Assembly: GCF_902713615.1 (NCBI RefSeq)
Contig: NW_024055870.1
Span: forward strand, 434,001-498,000
Length of the DNA: 64,000 bases
Source: Scyliorhinus canicula
Taxonomy: Eukaryota
Direction of reading: 5' to 3'
The position numbers and the translations under genes are program-made. This document shows positions 25,270-37,708 of this stretch, in pieces (within the stretch, counting starts at the first letter, position 1; every line of letters starts with the position of its first letter). The notes under the pieces were generated by a model that worked only from the letters and a program-made list of their open reading frames with translations, was not told where the DNA came from and searched no databases.

Positions 25270-27074
25270 CGGTTCCGTGCTGGGACCCCAGCTATCAACA
25301 ATATACACATGATTTGGAGGACGGAAGTGGGTGCAATATGTCAACATTTGCAGACGACACTAAGCTGGGTGGCAGTGTGTGCTGTGAGGAGAATTCAAAA
25401 AGGCTGTAGGGCGACGTGCAAATATTGGCGAAGTGGATAAATACTTGGCAAATGCAATACAATGTGTGTAATTGTGAGGTTATCCAACTTGGTGGCAAAA
25501 ACAGGAAGGCAGTTTATTTTCTGAATGGTGGAAGCTCAGGAAAAGGGGAAGAGCAGCGTAAACTGGATGTCATAGTGGAACAGTCGCTGAAGGATGGAAT
25601 GCAGATAGCAGGCGGTGAGGAAAGCTAATGGCAATGTTCATAGCGAGAGAATTCGAGTCTTGGAGTAACGATGTATTTTAACAGTTGTATAGTGACTTCG
25701 TGAGGCTGCACCTTGAGTATGGTGTGCTGTTTTGATCTCCTAGTTTGAAGGACACGCCTACTATTGAGTGTTTCCAGCGAACGTTCACGAGTCTTATTCC
25801 CGGGATGACAGGACTGACATATGAAGATAGCTTGGATCGACTGGGCTTGTATTCTCAGGAATTTGGAAGAATGAGAGGGGATCTCAGGGAAATATATAAA
25901 ATCCGGATGGGGCTGGAAATGCGAGATATGGGAAGAATGCTCCCGATGTTGGGGACGTCCGGAACAAGAGGTCACAACCTAAGAATAAGGGGTAAGCATT
26001 CAGGACTCAGATGAGGAAGAACATCTTCTCTCAGAGAGTTGTGAACGTGTGGAATTGTCTACCACAGAAAGCTGTTGGGGTCATTTCATTGGGCATATTA
26101 AAGACGGAGCGGGATTTTGCCCTTGCGGCTAAAGGGTTCAATGGTCTGGAGAGAAAGAAGGAGATTGCAACTGAATTTGCATGATAAGCCATGATCATGT
26201 TGGATGATAGTGCAGTTTCGAAGGGCGGATGGCCTCTTCTTGCACCAATTTTACATCTTTCTATATTTCTAAATGTGTCCAACATTGCTCCAGATTGCTG
26301 ACTATTCTGCTGCTAGCGGGGGCTGTCGCCAGCGTCGGAGCGCGTAACGGCGACATTCAAGAGACTGCCGGGGTGGACGGGTATGGAACACCATTCCCAC
26401 AGCTTTCTCATTGTGAACGTAGTGTCACTGGGCGAATGCGTGACCCCCCCAAGTCAACTTGTCCCCTCCATTAGGTATCCTCTGGTGCCAGCCACCCATC
26501 AAAGGGATGGCTGTGCTCCAGCACAACCTGTGCATTTTGTTCGCCGTTGAGTGTGTATTAGGGATAGAGTGCTGATTTTGCCGGCCGGAATGAATGTGTG
26601 GGGTGGTCGAGTGCTGATATGTCGTTGTCCGGATTGAGTGTGTATTAGGGATGGAGTGATGATATTTTGTTGGCCGGGATGAGTGTGTGGGGCAGTGGAG
26701 TGCTGATGTGTGGCTGTAGCCTTTCAGCCACTCGAGTGTCAATACCGACCCCGGTGAACGCGACATCATTTTTCATTGACTTGCTCGTGTTCCACATGGC
26801 TCTGGTGCTGGCCCATTCACCCTTGAAGGCTTGGTCCGGACAACCGACGCAAATTTAATTGCGCAGAAGCCTACCAATTGATTCCTGGTATCAACTGCAT
26901 AGAAATGGAGAATATTTCATCTACTGAGTTCAAGACGTTGGTAAATTTAATGTTCGATGAACATTTGCGAAAAAATAGTTTTGAAAAATCAATTTTTATA
27001 TTTCGATATTTTTCTGACTGGATCCATTATAATTGGGTGACAGATTTACTCTGCTTCAATTGTGAGAAAGGGAA

Positions 27075-28006
27075 TTAGCGTTCCATTTCCGAGCAAGTAT
27101 CATTACCCCCACGCATCAGTGACTTCTGAATCAGAGAAAAGGGATATTTTATCACATTGAACAGCAGATTTCTGAACTTTCTCTGGGTTATTGTGTAAAT
27201 CGCTGTGTTGGTGCATGAACTCAGTAGCTGCAGCATAATCCCAACCTCTTGAAAAATTGGAAAGGTGGTAAATGCGATTCTGCGTCTGAAGGCACCTGTC
27301 AGGTTACAATATATGAAATATGTCACTGTTGTTATCCAGAGAAGGACAAAACAACTGGATATTGTAAATAATAACATAATGGATCTTCTGCGGTTCATCA
27401 GCTCAGAATCTTTTTCATTCCCCTCTTGTCTGTGCTTCCGGAGGCTAATTCGGCCACGATTGGCTATCAGAATACGTTTGACGGTGAAAATATTACAGAA
27501 CAAAATCAGAAAGAATGGAAGAACTGGGGTTAACAGCTGCTGAATCCACGAAAATGCGATCCAAATGGGTAGAAAAAAATAATAAGCTACCAGCTCGCAT
27601 CCCAACATAACGTCGATGTAATCACTGGAATACAGGAAGGGCCAGGGAATGTTCTTTATACAGAAGAATGAGCTCACAATGGTGATGACAACAACAGCAG
27701 TTTTCTCGGTGCAGTATTTTGTTTTCAGCTTCTGACAGCAAATGGCCACCAGGCGATTGAAGGTCAAAGACACCGTCAACCAAACAGAAATGTCGATTGC
27801 GGCGTGAGACATGAACAGAATAAATCTGCACACGGGAGTGTAGAGCAGGAAAGTGTAATTCCAAAACATTGTCGCAATACGATGTAAGATGACATTAAAT
27901 GCAATAACCATCAGATCCGCTGTCGCCATGGCCACCAGATAACGGGTGATGCATTTGGAGAGGCCACAATTTTTGAAGGACAGGATTGCGATTGTCACTA
28001 TATTTA
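27075..28006 (-). CDS. GPR139/GPR142-like class A GPCR, coding exon 2 (end of TM1 to C-terminus)
   Basis: Acceptor ctttctacttctcacag|TA AAT ATA; VNIVTIAILS..CGLSKCITRYLVAMATADL, WLTVSLTFNRLVAIC, SSCTNTAIY; open to the stop codon. Confidence 0.9.
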
Positions 28007-28539
28007 CTGTGAGAAGTAGAAAGAAAGCAGTTAGGTAAAGGAAACTGTAAATGTAAATGGAAATGCCGAAGGAACAGTATAATCTCTGAACAAAACCAAA
28101 TGCAGAGGATCTGCTGGAATCTTTTGAATGGTAAGATACAAAAATGCATATCCGCGTCCTCCCACATTCATCTTCTGACGATACAATGCATGGTGTTGGC
28201 CTACATTGTGCAATAAACATCAATAATACATAGCAACAGTAAGAGGCCCTTTGACCCAATAAGCCTGTACCGATCAGTGTCCTAACCAGACCAAACGCCT
28301 ATACCCTTCATATATCACGTTTTTTATCGTTTCTATCGACAGAGGTTTTACAGGCCCCTAACATATATGCCTCAACCACCTCACGTGGCAGTCCATTCCA
28401 GGCCACCACCACTCTGTGGAAAGTAACGTACCCGCACAACTGCAATGACGTTCTCCCCCACAACCTTGAACTTGTTCTTCTTGTAATTGACATTAAGACC
28501 CTTTGGAAAAGCCTTTACCTGTATATAGATATAGTATAT

Positions 28540-28745
28540 AGAACCTGCAGTGCATAAGGAGGCCATTCGGACAATCGAGTCTGCACCGACCCACTTAAGC
28601 GCTCACTTCCACCCTATCCCCGTAGCCCAATAACCCCTCCTAACAATGTTTTGGGTCACTAAGGGCAATTTATCATGGCCAATCCACGTAGCCTCTACGT
28701 CTTTGGACTATGGGAAGAAACAGGAGCACCCGGAGAAAACCACAT
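28540..28745 (-). mobile_element. V-SINE 3' fragment
   Basis: V domain and CR1-like tail. Confidence 0.7.
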
Positions 28746-29158
28746 GTTCACCCTATAATTTATAAACTATCAGGACGCCCCTCAGCCTCCGTCTTTCCAG
28801 CGACAACAACCAAATGTATTCAAACTATCTACATAGCGAATACCCTCAAGACCAGGCAACATCCTGGTATACCTTTTCAGTAATCTCTCCGAAGTCTCCA
28901 CGTTCTTCGGGTAGTGCGGAAACTAGAATTGGACACAATATTCCAAATGTGTCCTCACCAACGTTCTGTATAATTGTAACATAATTTTAAAGCTTTTATA
29001 CTCGACACCCAACCACATTAAGGCTAGCATACCATTATCTTTCTTTACACTATTCCCACATGTGCTGCCAATTTTAGGGGCCTGTGGACTGCAAGCCCTG
29101 ATCTCGCTATGTGTCTCTGCTCCTGATGGTTCTGCCATTTAATTTATAGATCCCATCA

Positions 29159-29497
29159 GGGGCAGCAGGGTAGCATGGTGGTTAGCATAAATGCTTCACA
29201 GCTCCAGGGTCCCAGGTTCGATTCCCGGCTGGGTCACTGTCTGTGTGGAGTCTGCACGTCCTCCCCCTGTGTGCGTGGGTTTCCTCCGGGTGCTCCGGTT
29301 TCCTCCCACAGTCCAAAGATGTGCAGGTTAGGTGGATTGGCCATGCTAAATTGCCCGTAGTGTCCTAATAAAAGTAAGGTTAAGGGGGGGTTGTTGGGTT
29401 ACGGGTATAGGGTGGATACGTGGGTTTGAGTAGGGTGATCATGGCTCGGCACAACATTGAGGGCCGAAGGGCCTGTTCTGTGCTGTACTGTTCTATC
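29159..29497 (+). mobile_element. HE1-like V-SINE
   Basis: Near-identical to 2786-3130. Confidence 0.9.
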
Positions 29498-32400
29498 TGA
29501 ATTGGATCAACGAAATAACATAATCTTGCATTTTTCCAGGTTAAATCCCATCTGCCATTTCTCCGCCCAATTTTGCAGCCTATCATTATCCTGTTGTATT
29601 CTGTGACAATTTTATCACTATCTGCAAGTTCTGCAATTTTTCTGTTTTCCAATATGCTAATCAGACACGCTATGTATTTTCTTCCCAAGTCATTTAGATA
29701 TATCTTGCAAACAGCATAGGTCCCAGAACTGATCCCTGCGGAATACCACTAGTTACAGACGTCCAATTGGAAAAACGCCCTTCCACTTCAACCCTCTGCC
29801 TTCTGTGATCAAGCCAGTTATGAATCCGTCCAGCCAGTTCACCGTGGCCCCGTGTGAATTAATCTTCGCACCAGCCTGCTGTGAGGGATCTTATCAACTG
29901 CTTTACTAAAGTCCATGTAGACACCGCCCACAGCCCTTCCCTCGTCATTCATGTTTGTCACATCCTTAAAAAAACGCATGTAAATTACTGACACAGGAAC
30001 TTCCTCGGACACAACCAGGCAGACTTTCGGAAATAAGAACATTGACTTCCAAATGTGCATTGATCCTATTTCTGGGAATCTTTTCCAACAATTCTGCTAT
30101 GACCGACGTCAAACACACAGTCCATAATTACCCGAGTTATACTTGATACTCTTCTTAAATAACGTGACAACATGAGATGTCTTCGAATCCGATGGGACCT
30201 GAGCTGTGGCCAACTTGGAAACACAGACTTCAGTTAGCGGCCCGGCGATTTAATGTCTTGCCTCCCTCAAGGATCTGAGATAGATGCTATCTGGCCCTGG
30301 ATGTTCGTCTTCCTTAATGTTTTTGAACACACCCAAGACTTCCACCCTCGTAATAACGACGTGTTCTGAAGTGTTTTCATGGCCCTTTAACACATCGCAA
30401 ATCAACGTGTCCCTCGCCTTTGTGAATACTGATGCAAATTACTCATTAAGGATCTCAACTACTTCCTTTGATACTCTCAATAATTTCCTCCCTTTGTCCC
30501 TGAGTGGACCAACTCGTTGTCTGGCTGCCCTCTTGTTCCGAATACACGTTTAAAATGCGTTGGGACTCTCCTTAATCTATCTGTCAAGGACATTTTGTGA
30601 TCCATTTTTGCCCTCCTTACTCCTTGTGTGAGCTACTTTCGACTTTCCTTGTATTCTTCATGTACTTCATCTGTTTCTACTGGTTTAGACCTCATGTGTG
30701 CATCCTTTTACTTTTTGAATCGAGACACAATTTCTCTAGTCAAAAACGATTCCTCAATTCTGCCTTTCCTGTCCCTCCTTTTCACCGGCATATGCCGGTC
30801 CTGCACACTCATCAACTTCTCTTTAAGATTCCCCCAAGCCTAATGTTGATTAATCCTCAAACAGCCTCTCCCAAACAACAGCCTGCCTAATCTGGTTGTA
30901 GTTAGCCTTCCCCCAATTTAGAACCATAAACCTAAGGCAACACTCATCCTTTTCACTGAGTATCCGACAGCTGACGGAATTGTTCTCACTGATCGCCACA
31001 TGTTCTCCCACTGCAATCCTGCTGACCTGGTCGGGCTCCATCCCGAGTACAAGCTCCAGTATAGCCCCTCACTCTCGTCCGACTACCCACATTTTGATCC
31101 AAATCAACTTCTTTGACGCACCTAACCAATTGCTTAACCTTTATGTCCCTCGTCTTTCGGTATTTCCACTCAATATCAGGAAAAGTAAAGTATCCTCCTA
31201 CAAAAACCCTATTAGATGGTTAGGGTGTGGAATGGACTGCCTGCTGTGATAGTGAACTGTCAAGCGGTTATTGAATAGGCACATAGAGCATACCAGAATG
31301 ACAGGGATAGCTTGAGCTTGGTTTCGGAAAATACTCGGCAAAACATCTATTACTGCATCTATACGGAATTTTGCTCACATATCTGCTCTTCAAATTACCG
31401 TGGGCTGTTGGGAGGCCTGTAGTACACCGCAATCACAGTGACTGCCTCCTTCCTCATTTCTGAGCTCGATCCACAATGCCTCGTTACTTGATTTTTCGTG
31501 GTGTCCTGCCTCTGTACCGCTGTAATATGCACTCTCGCCAGTATCGAAACTCTCCTACCCATTCTACCTTCCTCCCTGTCTCGCCTAAAACACCTATATC
31601 ATGGAATACTTAGCTATCTGACCTGTCCCTCTTTTAACTAAGTCTCCATGTCAGCAGCCACTTCCAAGTTCCATGCATGAATCAAGGTTCTACGTTAATC
31701 TTTTTGATCTGTTATACTCTGTCCATTGATGCAGGTATACTCCGGGCCAACAGAGTTAAATCTCCAACAGCTTGTGCTTACTCTCAGCCAGCCTGGACCT
31801 GGTGCCATGTTCATCCCCAGTCTCTACACTTGCTGGCTTACTGTTCGGATTTCCACTCCTCTGTCACTTTAGGTTAAACCCACCAGAATCATGCTCGCAA
31901 ACCTCCCAGCCAGGATATTGATGTTCCTGCAGTTCACGTATAAACCGTCCTTCTTGTACCGGCGCCACGTTCCCTGAAAGGCATGCCAGTGATCCAAAAA
32001 CTGAAGCCCTCCCTTGTACACCAGTTATTTAGCCACGTGTTCAGCTGCACTATATCCTTTTTCTATCGTCGGTAGAACGTGGCACGGGAAGTAATCCTGA
32101 GACTACTACCATAGAGGTGCTGTTTTTCAATCTTCTACCTTACTCCCTAAATTGCCGTTGCAGCACCTCGCTATTCTTTGTACCTAAGCAATTCGTGTCA
32201 ATGTGGACAATGACCTCTGTCTGATTTCCCTCCCGTTTTAGGATGCTTTGTACCCCCTCAAAGACCCTGGCACCAGGGAGACAAACTTGCGTCCACAGAA
32301 GCCGTTATCTGTGCCTCTGACTATTCTATCGCCTACCACTATTGCTTTTAAACGCTTTGTACTCCGTGTTGCAGGGCTAGCCATGGGGCTTTCTCTCTGG

Positions 32401-32864
32401 ACACTGCCCCTTCTGTCCCCTGATGGACCTTCTCCCCCATCAGTATTCAAAACAGCATCCTTGTTTTATAGCGGACACCTGCTCTGTCTGCCTACCACCT
32501 CTGGCGGTCACCATCTGTCTTGCTGTACCTTGGGTGTGACCACATCTCTGAAGTTATTATGTCTAACGGTATAAGCTAATTGTGTGCTCCTCAGGACATC
32601 CAGCTGCTTCTCTGACCGATCAATGCGTTCCACATTTGAAGTGTCCATGATGCACCACATCGTGCATGGATTGCAGAGAACACAGGATATTGGCATCACT
32701 TCCCGTCTGTTGGTTGGTCGATTAAACACTCAATACTAGTTAGGCCGTTAATACACACTTACTGCTGCTGCTTTCACGAATAGGCCCCCAATAATCAATA
32801 CTTATCCTAGTTGAGCACAGTTTGGAATAAATTTTGAAATCTAGTTTTCTACCCTCTCGCAAGT

Positions 32865-33090
32865 GTAAAAAGTCTCACAACACCAGGTTAAAGCCCAAAG
32901 GTTTGTTTCGAATGACTAACTTTCAGACCACCGCTCCTTCCTCAGGTGATTAAAGAGGTGGGTTACACAGATACATGTATTGACAAATTCAGTGATGAAA
33001 GATGATAATTTGAATGCGAGTCTTGGCCGGTACTTTTCAGGTTCAGACGGTGCGACTGGAGAGAGGGATAATCATAGGTTAAAGTGTGAG
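32865..33090 (-). mobile_element. Penelope-like element terminus with a degenerate minimal hammerhead ribozyme
   Basis: Minus strand CCTGAGGA-AGGAGC-GGTG-GTCT-GAAA (hammerhead core CUGANGA...GAAA) at ~32921-32946. Confidence 0.55.
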
Positions 33091-33569
33091 AAGAAAAACA
33101 ACGTTTACCATGCAAAATGTAGCTCGGAATCTACTCAGGTGGGCCTTCCCAGACTGTACTACAGATATCGCCCGCTCAGCTCCGCTCCCGATATGAAGGG
33201 CTTACCTGTCTTACCCGCGACTCACCAATCAGCCTTTCCCGCGTAGTCACCTGCATCAGGAAAACGCCGCTCAATGGGAATTTACGTGGAACAAATCAAG
33301 AGATAAAATACACTTCCTCCACATCCAGCCTCGAATTCCCACCTAGCTTCAAATTCCCAGCTCCCAAACTTACTCTTCGATGTGTCTCACTCTGGATGTG
33401 TTGCCCGGCTCACTGGAAGTGCTGACTGGAGTCTCATCGCGTAGCTGTAGTGTTACGTTTAAGACTCCAGGTAGCGTTGCTTTAACAATTTCGAACGCAA
33501 CAATTCACATAAATCTGAGCCTACAGCCCATTAGGAGAGAAGGCAAGGTACTGAAGATAACGGGCTCAG

Positions 33570-33790
33570 TGAGCAGCAATACGAATAATGCAAACTCACG
33601 GCGCCGTGGTGCCAGGTTCGATCTCGGTTCTGAGTCACGGTCCATGTGGAGTATCCGCATTCTGCCCCTGTTTGCGTGGGTTTCGATCCCACAAGCCAAA
33701 GATGTGCAGGATAGGTGGATTCCCCGCGCTAAATTGCCTCTTAATTGGAAAAAAGTAATTACATACTCTAAATTTATAATGAAAAGTAAT
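33570..33790 (+). mobile_element. Older V-SINE with A-rich tail
   Basis: GGTTCGATCTC B box, diverged V domain, AAATTGCCTCTTAATTGGAAAAAA end. Confidence 0.7.
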
Positions 33791-34071
33791 AATGAACGGA
33801 AAATCAGAGAACAAGACAACAATTATAAAACGAGCAAGGGAGAAGACAACAAACTTCATGAAGGGCATGGGAAGATGATAAGAAACTGAACGAAAAGAAC
33901 CAGCACGCCATTAAAATAAAGCTGGAAGAAGATGAACAGAAAGTGGCCCGGGAGTAGAAAAACACCCTGCAGAATATCAGAAAAGGCAAACATTCCGAAG
34001 CAAATTACAATTTCAACATGTAAACATATAAACAATGAAGGCAACATGAACAGTGTGAAGCAATATGGGAG

Positions 34072-34258
34072 ACACCGTTAGAAGGACAGTAAAGCATGAA
34101 GCTATAATCTACAAATACACGTTATTATAGATCGCATGTTTATTCAAATTGAAAAACGTCATGAAACACCGTTAGAAGGACAGTAAAGCATGAAGAAATA
34201 ATCTACAAATGCACGATATTTTAGATCACATGTTTATTCAAATTGAAAGACGTCATGC
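34072..34258. repeat. ~95-bp tandem duplication
   Basis: ACACCGTTAGAAGGACAGTAAAGCATGAAG...TTATTCAAATTGAAA occurs twice. Confidence 0.8.
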
Positions 34259-34365
34259 ATAACACCCTGTTTGACTCAGAATTAGATGCCAGTGTAGTAC
34301 CTTGAGACAGTGCAGAATAAAACACATAAGCAAGATCAAAAGCTTAAGATACAAAAGTCAATTAC

Positions 34366-34435
34366 CAGGTACACCGAATGCTGCGAGTGCAGGATAGTAT
34401 ACAGATTCTGTCTGGACAAATGGGGCCCAACGCAT
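34366..34435 (-). CDS. GPR139/GPR142-like GPCR, coding exon 1 (MRWAPFVQTESVYYPALAAFGVP)
   Basis: ATG at 34435; 23 codons + 1 nt, then donor GTAATT; phase 1 matches exon 2, giving 333 aa; YYP.LA..GVP is the TM1 start typical of this family. Confidence 0.85.
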
Positions 34436-36279
34436 CTTCTGTCTGTGAAGAGCTCGTTCTGTTGTTGCCGAAGATCTGGACGTTCAGATAGAAAACAGAA
34501 ATGATCAGTTTACTTATATTGAAGTGGATGCTTAGTGATGCGGAGTATATACATCCCCCATGGTATTACTTACAGGTTTCCGAACAAGCAACATTTTAAT
34601 ACCAGCTGCTCACTCAATGTACATCTCACTAAAGATTGCATCAACTTTTTGGGATCAGGGTGGAAGTTGGAAGATGTTATTGACAACGTTGTTCATCTGA
34701 AAATCCAGCCTGTCAGCACCGATTTGTCTTCTGAAAACTGGAGGCCTTTTCCAGACACTTACTTACAATCTCCAGCTTACAATTATTATTTCTATTGAAG
34801 ATCCCTAATCTGGCTTTATTTAATTTTCCCAGATTCTTCTTATCCGGTGCCTCTCCGTCCTCGTTTCCCAAAGTATTTGCTCTGCTATTCTGTCTCCGTT
34901 TCATTTCAAGCCGATTCACCATCCCCTGTCTTCAGTTTGCCTCCACTATGTGTGCATTTACTACCTGTCAATTGATCTGATTCCCCACACGTCTTGCCTA
35001 CGTTGTCCTGCTCACTCCAGTATAGCTGGGAAGGCAAGAGGTGAGGGTGGTAGGCGAATTTACAGAGGGACATGGACAAATTAATGAGTGGGTAAAACAT
35101 TGGCATGTAATATAATGTAGGATATGTGAAGCAACAGACTATGGTAGGAAGATCAAATACGCTGAATATTATTGAAGTGGTGGAAGGTGCAGCATTGAGG
35201 GATTCCGGGACCCTTGTGCACAAATCAGAGAAAGTTAACATTCACGTTCAACAGAAAGAAGGGAAGGAAAACGAATGTCAGCATGTATTTCGGAGGGAAT
35301 GAAGGATAAAATTGGGAAACTTCCTATAATTACACATGACAAGAGCTAAAACAGGCCTAGAATTCTGGTCGTCCTTGATGTAATTGCATGAAACGAACTG
35401 TCAAGAAACCGCGCATCCGTATTGTGCAGAAGGAGGTCACTCGGCTCATTGAGTCTGTACTAACCTACCTAAAGAGTTCTCAAAGTAACCCCACACCCGC
35501 CCCGTCACTGCAGTCTATGCTAACTACTGCTGCCTCACAACTCCAGTTTCCCAGTTTTAATTCTGCCCTCGGTTGACTGTGGAGGCTGCGGGTGGGAGTG
35601 AGGTTGAGAGTCATGGTAACGGTGGTATTGGTTGAGTGTGGTTTAGATATGAGGATTGTCAGGATTGTGTGGGGTGAGGGTTGGGCACTGGTGACGGTGA
35701 TGGTAGGTGTGAGGAAGGCGGTGATTGTGACTGTGGTATGGGTGAGGGTTGTGTGAGGGTGAGGGTGGGGATGAGGTGAGTTTGGAGGACCCCGCCACAT
35801 TACGGGCCACAATCCCCCCGACCCTGAACCCGCAGCCAACAACCGGTGTATCACCCAGGGCCACACCCAAGGTAGCCCCCAGTGAGGGCAGTGTCTGCCA
35901 AAGGTGTACCTGGCAGCAGTGACTGGCGCCAAGACTTAGGGCAATGACGGGGCCAGATAACGATGGGACTGGAGTGGTGTGGTAGGGAGGCATACTTCAG
36001 CATGGCCTCCAGTGCCATCTGGCGCCACCATGTATCCCATAGTCCCTGGATGGACAGAGGAGTATCCGCCATGCTACCATGATGGCATTTCAACCTCCAC
36101 AGACAACGACATTCGGACACCAACTCGTAATGCTGGTCATTGTGGTGAAGGATGCAGCCCTGCGAGTCACCCCGTAACTCAGAGAGCAAGGCATAGTTGC
36201 AGCAACAGAGTAGGCTACAGCGGGGCAGGTGGCGGCTTCACAGGCCTGAGGGCAGGGCGCACAACAGGCTGAGAAGAAT

Positions 36280-37708
36280 GAGGTGCCAAGGGGTGCCAAA
36301 TGCGTTTCCGCGACTAATGGTGCGAAATGGGATATACAGACAGCGACGGGCAGCGGGACTGTGTAACACATCCTCCAGATTATGTCAGACGAGGCACAGC
36401 ATGGTTATGGGGAAGGACACAATTACCTGGTGAGTGTCAAGCTGTAGGTGGCACTGAACGTTAATGCCACTGGTTTATTCCAGCTGCTGAATGGGGAGCT
36501 ATCCGGGACCACGCAGCCGTCGGCGGACAGGTGCACCCGCGCCATGATGGACGCCCTATATGCCCAGGCGGAGCAGTATATCCTGTTCCATGTTGACCGA
36601 GCCCCCCCAGATGCCCGGGCAGCGGGGTTCGCTGCCAGCTCTGGATGCCCCGTGTTCAGAGGGTGATCGACTGGATGCCTGTAAGCCGACAGGCACCTGT
36701 GAATAGCAGGCCACTGTACATTACCAGAAAGGTGTGGCACACCATGAACCTCCAGCTGATGGGCGACCAACAGATGCGCATCAAGCACGTGTGCGTTCGA
36801 TACTTGGGCAGTATCCATGACTCATTCATGGTGGCACACTGGATGATTCCCGACATGTTCGAGGGACACTCACCCCTCCCCCTCTGGCTGCACGGTTGGC
36901 TGCTGGGCGACAGGGGTAACACTCGGCCACTATGACGGATGACGGCGAGCCGGAGTCCACAGACTGCCGCAGAGACCCGATACAATATCGCAACATCGCT
37001 ACCAACCAGTGCCCTGTTCTCGGACACGGTAAGGACACGGAGGTCTGTTGGTATCCCTCAGGGCGTCTTCAGCTCCCGTGGGTTTGCACCGCCTTGCCCT
37101 GGTTGGGTGGTAGGGTATTTGTGTCCGAGACCAAATACAAACACGACACTGTTAGACATTCCAGTGCATGTAGCCCAGGGTTTGGGTCGATGATGTAATC
37201 AGTGACCAGGGCAGCCGATCATTGTGGCTGTCCTGGGTGCTGGCATGTGGAGCAGGGTGGTTGTCTGGCCGTCTCCCGGTGGGGAGGGGGTTCCGGGTTA
37301 CATGTGTGTGGGTGGTAGGGGGGTTGTTGCCAGGGGCACAGCTCTGCCTACTCACCCTGGCCGCCGTAAGGAAGTTGTGCAGTCGGGGCGATTTCCTCAA
37401 TGGCCCAGTGTGGCGTACAGCGGTGCTTGACAACCTTCCTCGTTGGCCGGAGTACCATGCACCTCTCCTTCAGGGCATCGAGGAGGGTCTCTAGATCTGT
37501 GTCTCCGAACCATCCAGCTGAGAGTAAATCACGTACCCGGCGAATCCGGCGACGTTTGGCTTGCAACGTCGCGTTTCACGATGCGATGGTGCTCGAACCT
37601 TTGCAGTTGGTGAATGGGTGCACCTGTCGCACCGTTTGTACCGTCGTCAAAGTCCACAGTTTTCACGACGGCTTCAGCACTTAGTTTCAAAATTGGAGAA
37701 TCCAGCCC
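36280..37708 (+). mobile_element. Degenerate PIF/Harbinger DNA transposon (HARBI1-like transposase on plus, Myb/SANT-like ORF on minus)
   Basis: VALNVNATGLFQ, GFAASSGMPRVQRVID, HTMNLQ, YLGSIHDS, WLLGDRG; convergent WFGDTDLETLLDAL; terminal GGAGAATCCAGCCC at ~37695-37708. Confidence 0.8.

Larger units (their letters stand above)
18180..26270 (+). mobile_element. Old, near-full-length CR1 LINE fragmented by at least five later insertions
   Basis: Colinear remnants: Cys-rich ORF1 (SCFSCGMWE, 18556), esterase (GDSIVRG, ~19525), endonuclease (~20770), RT (24170-26100), 3' UTR ~26250. Confidence 0.75.
28300..33300 (-). mobile_element. Old near-full-length CR1 in the GPCR intron, with later insertions
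   Basis: RT remnants (HLEYCVQF, YMDFSKA), endonuclease remnants, ORF1 esterase (VVGDRIVRGTD ~32330). Confidence 0.8.

Noticed and set aside
28007-28259. N-terminal 84 aa of the 394-aa GPCR ORF
   Set aside because: Intronic read-through; a strong acceptor at 28007 and a matching exon 1 at 34366-34435 explain the gene
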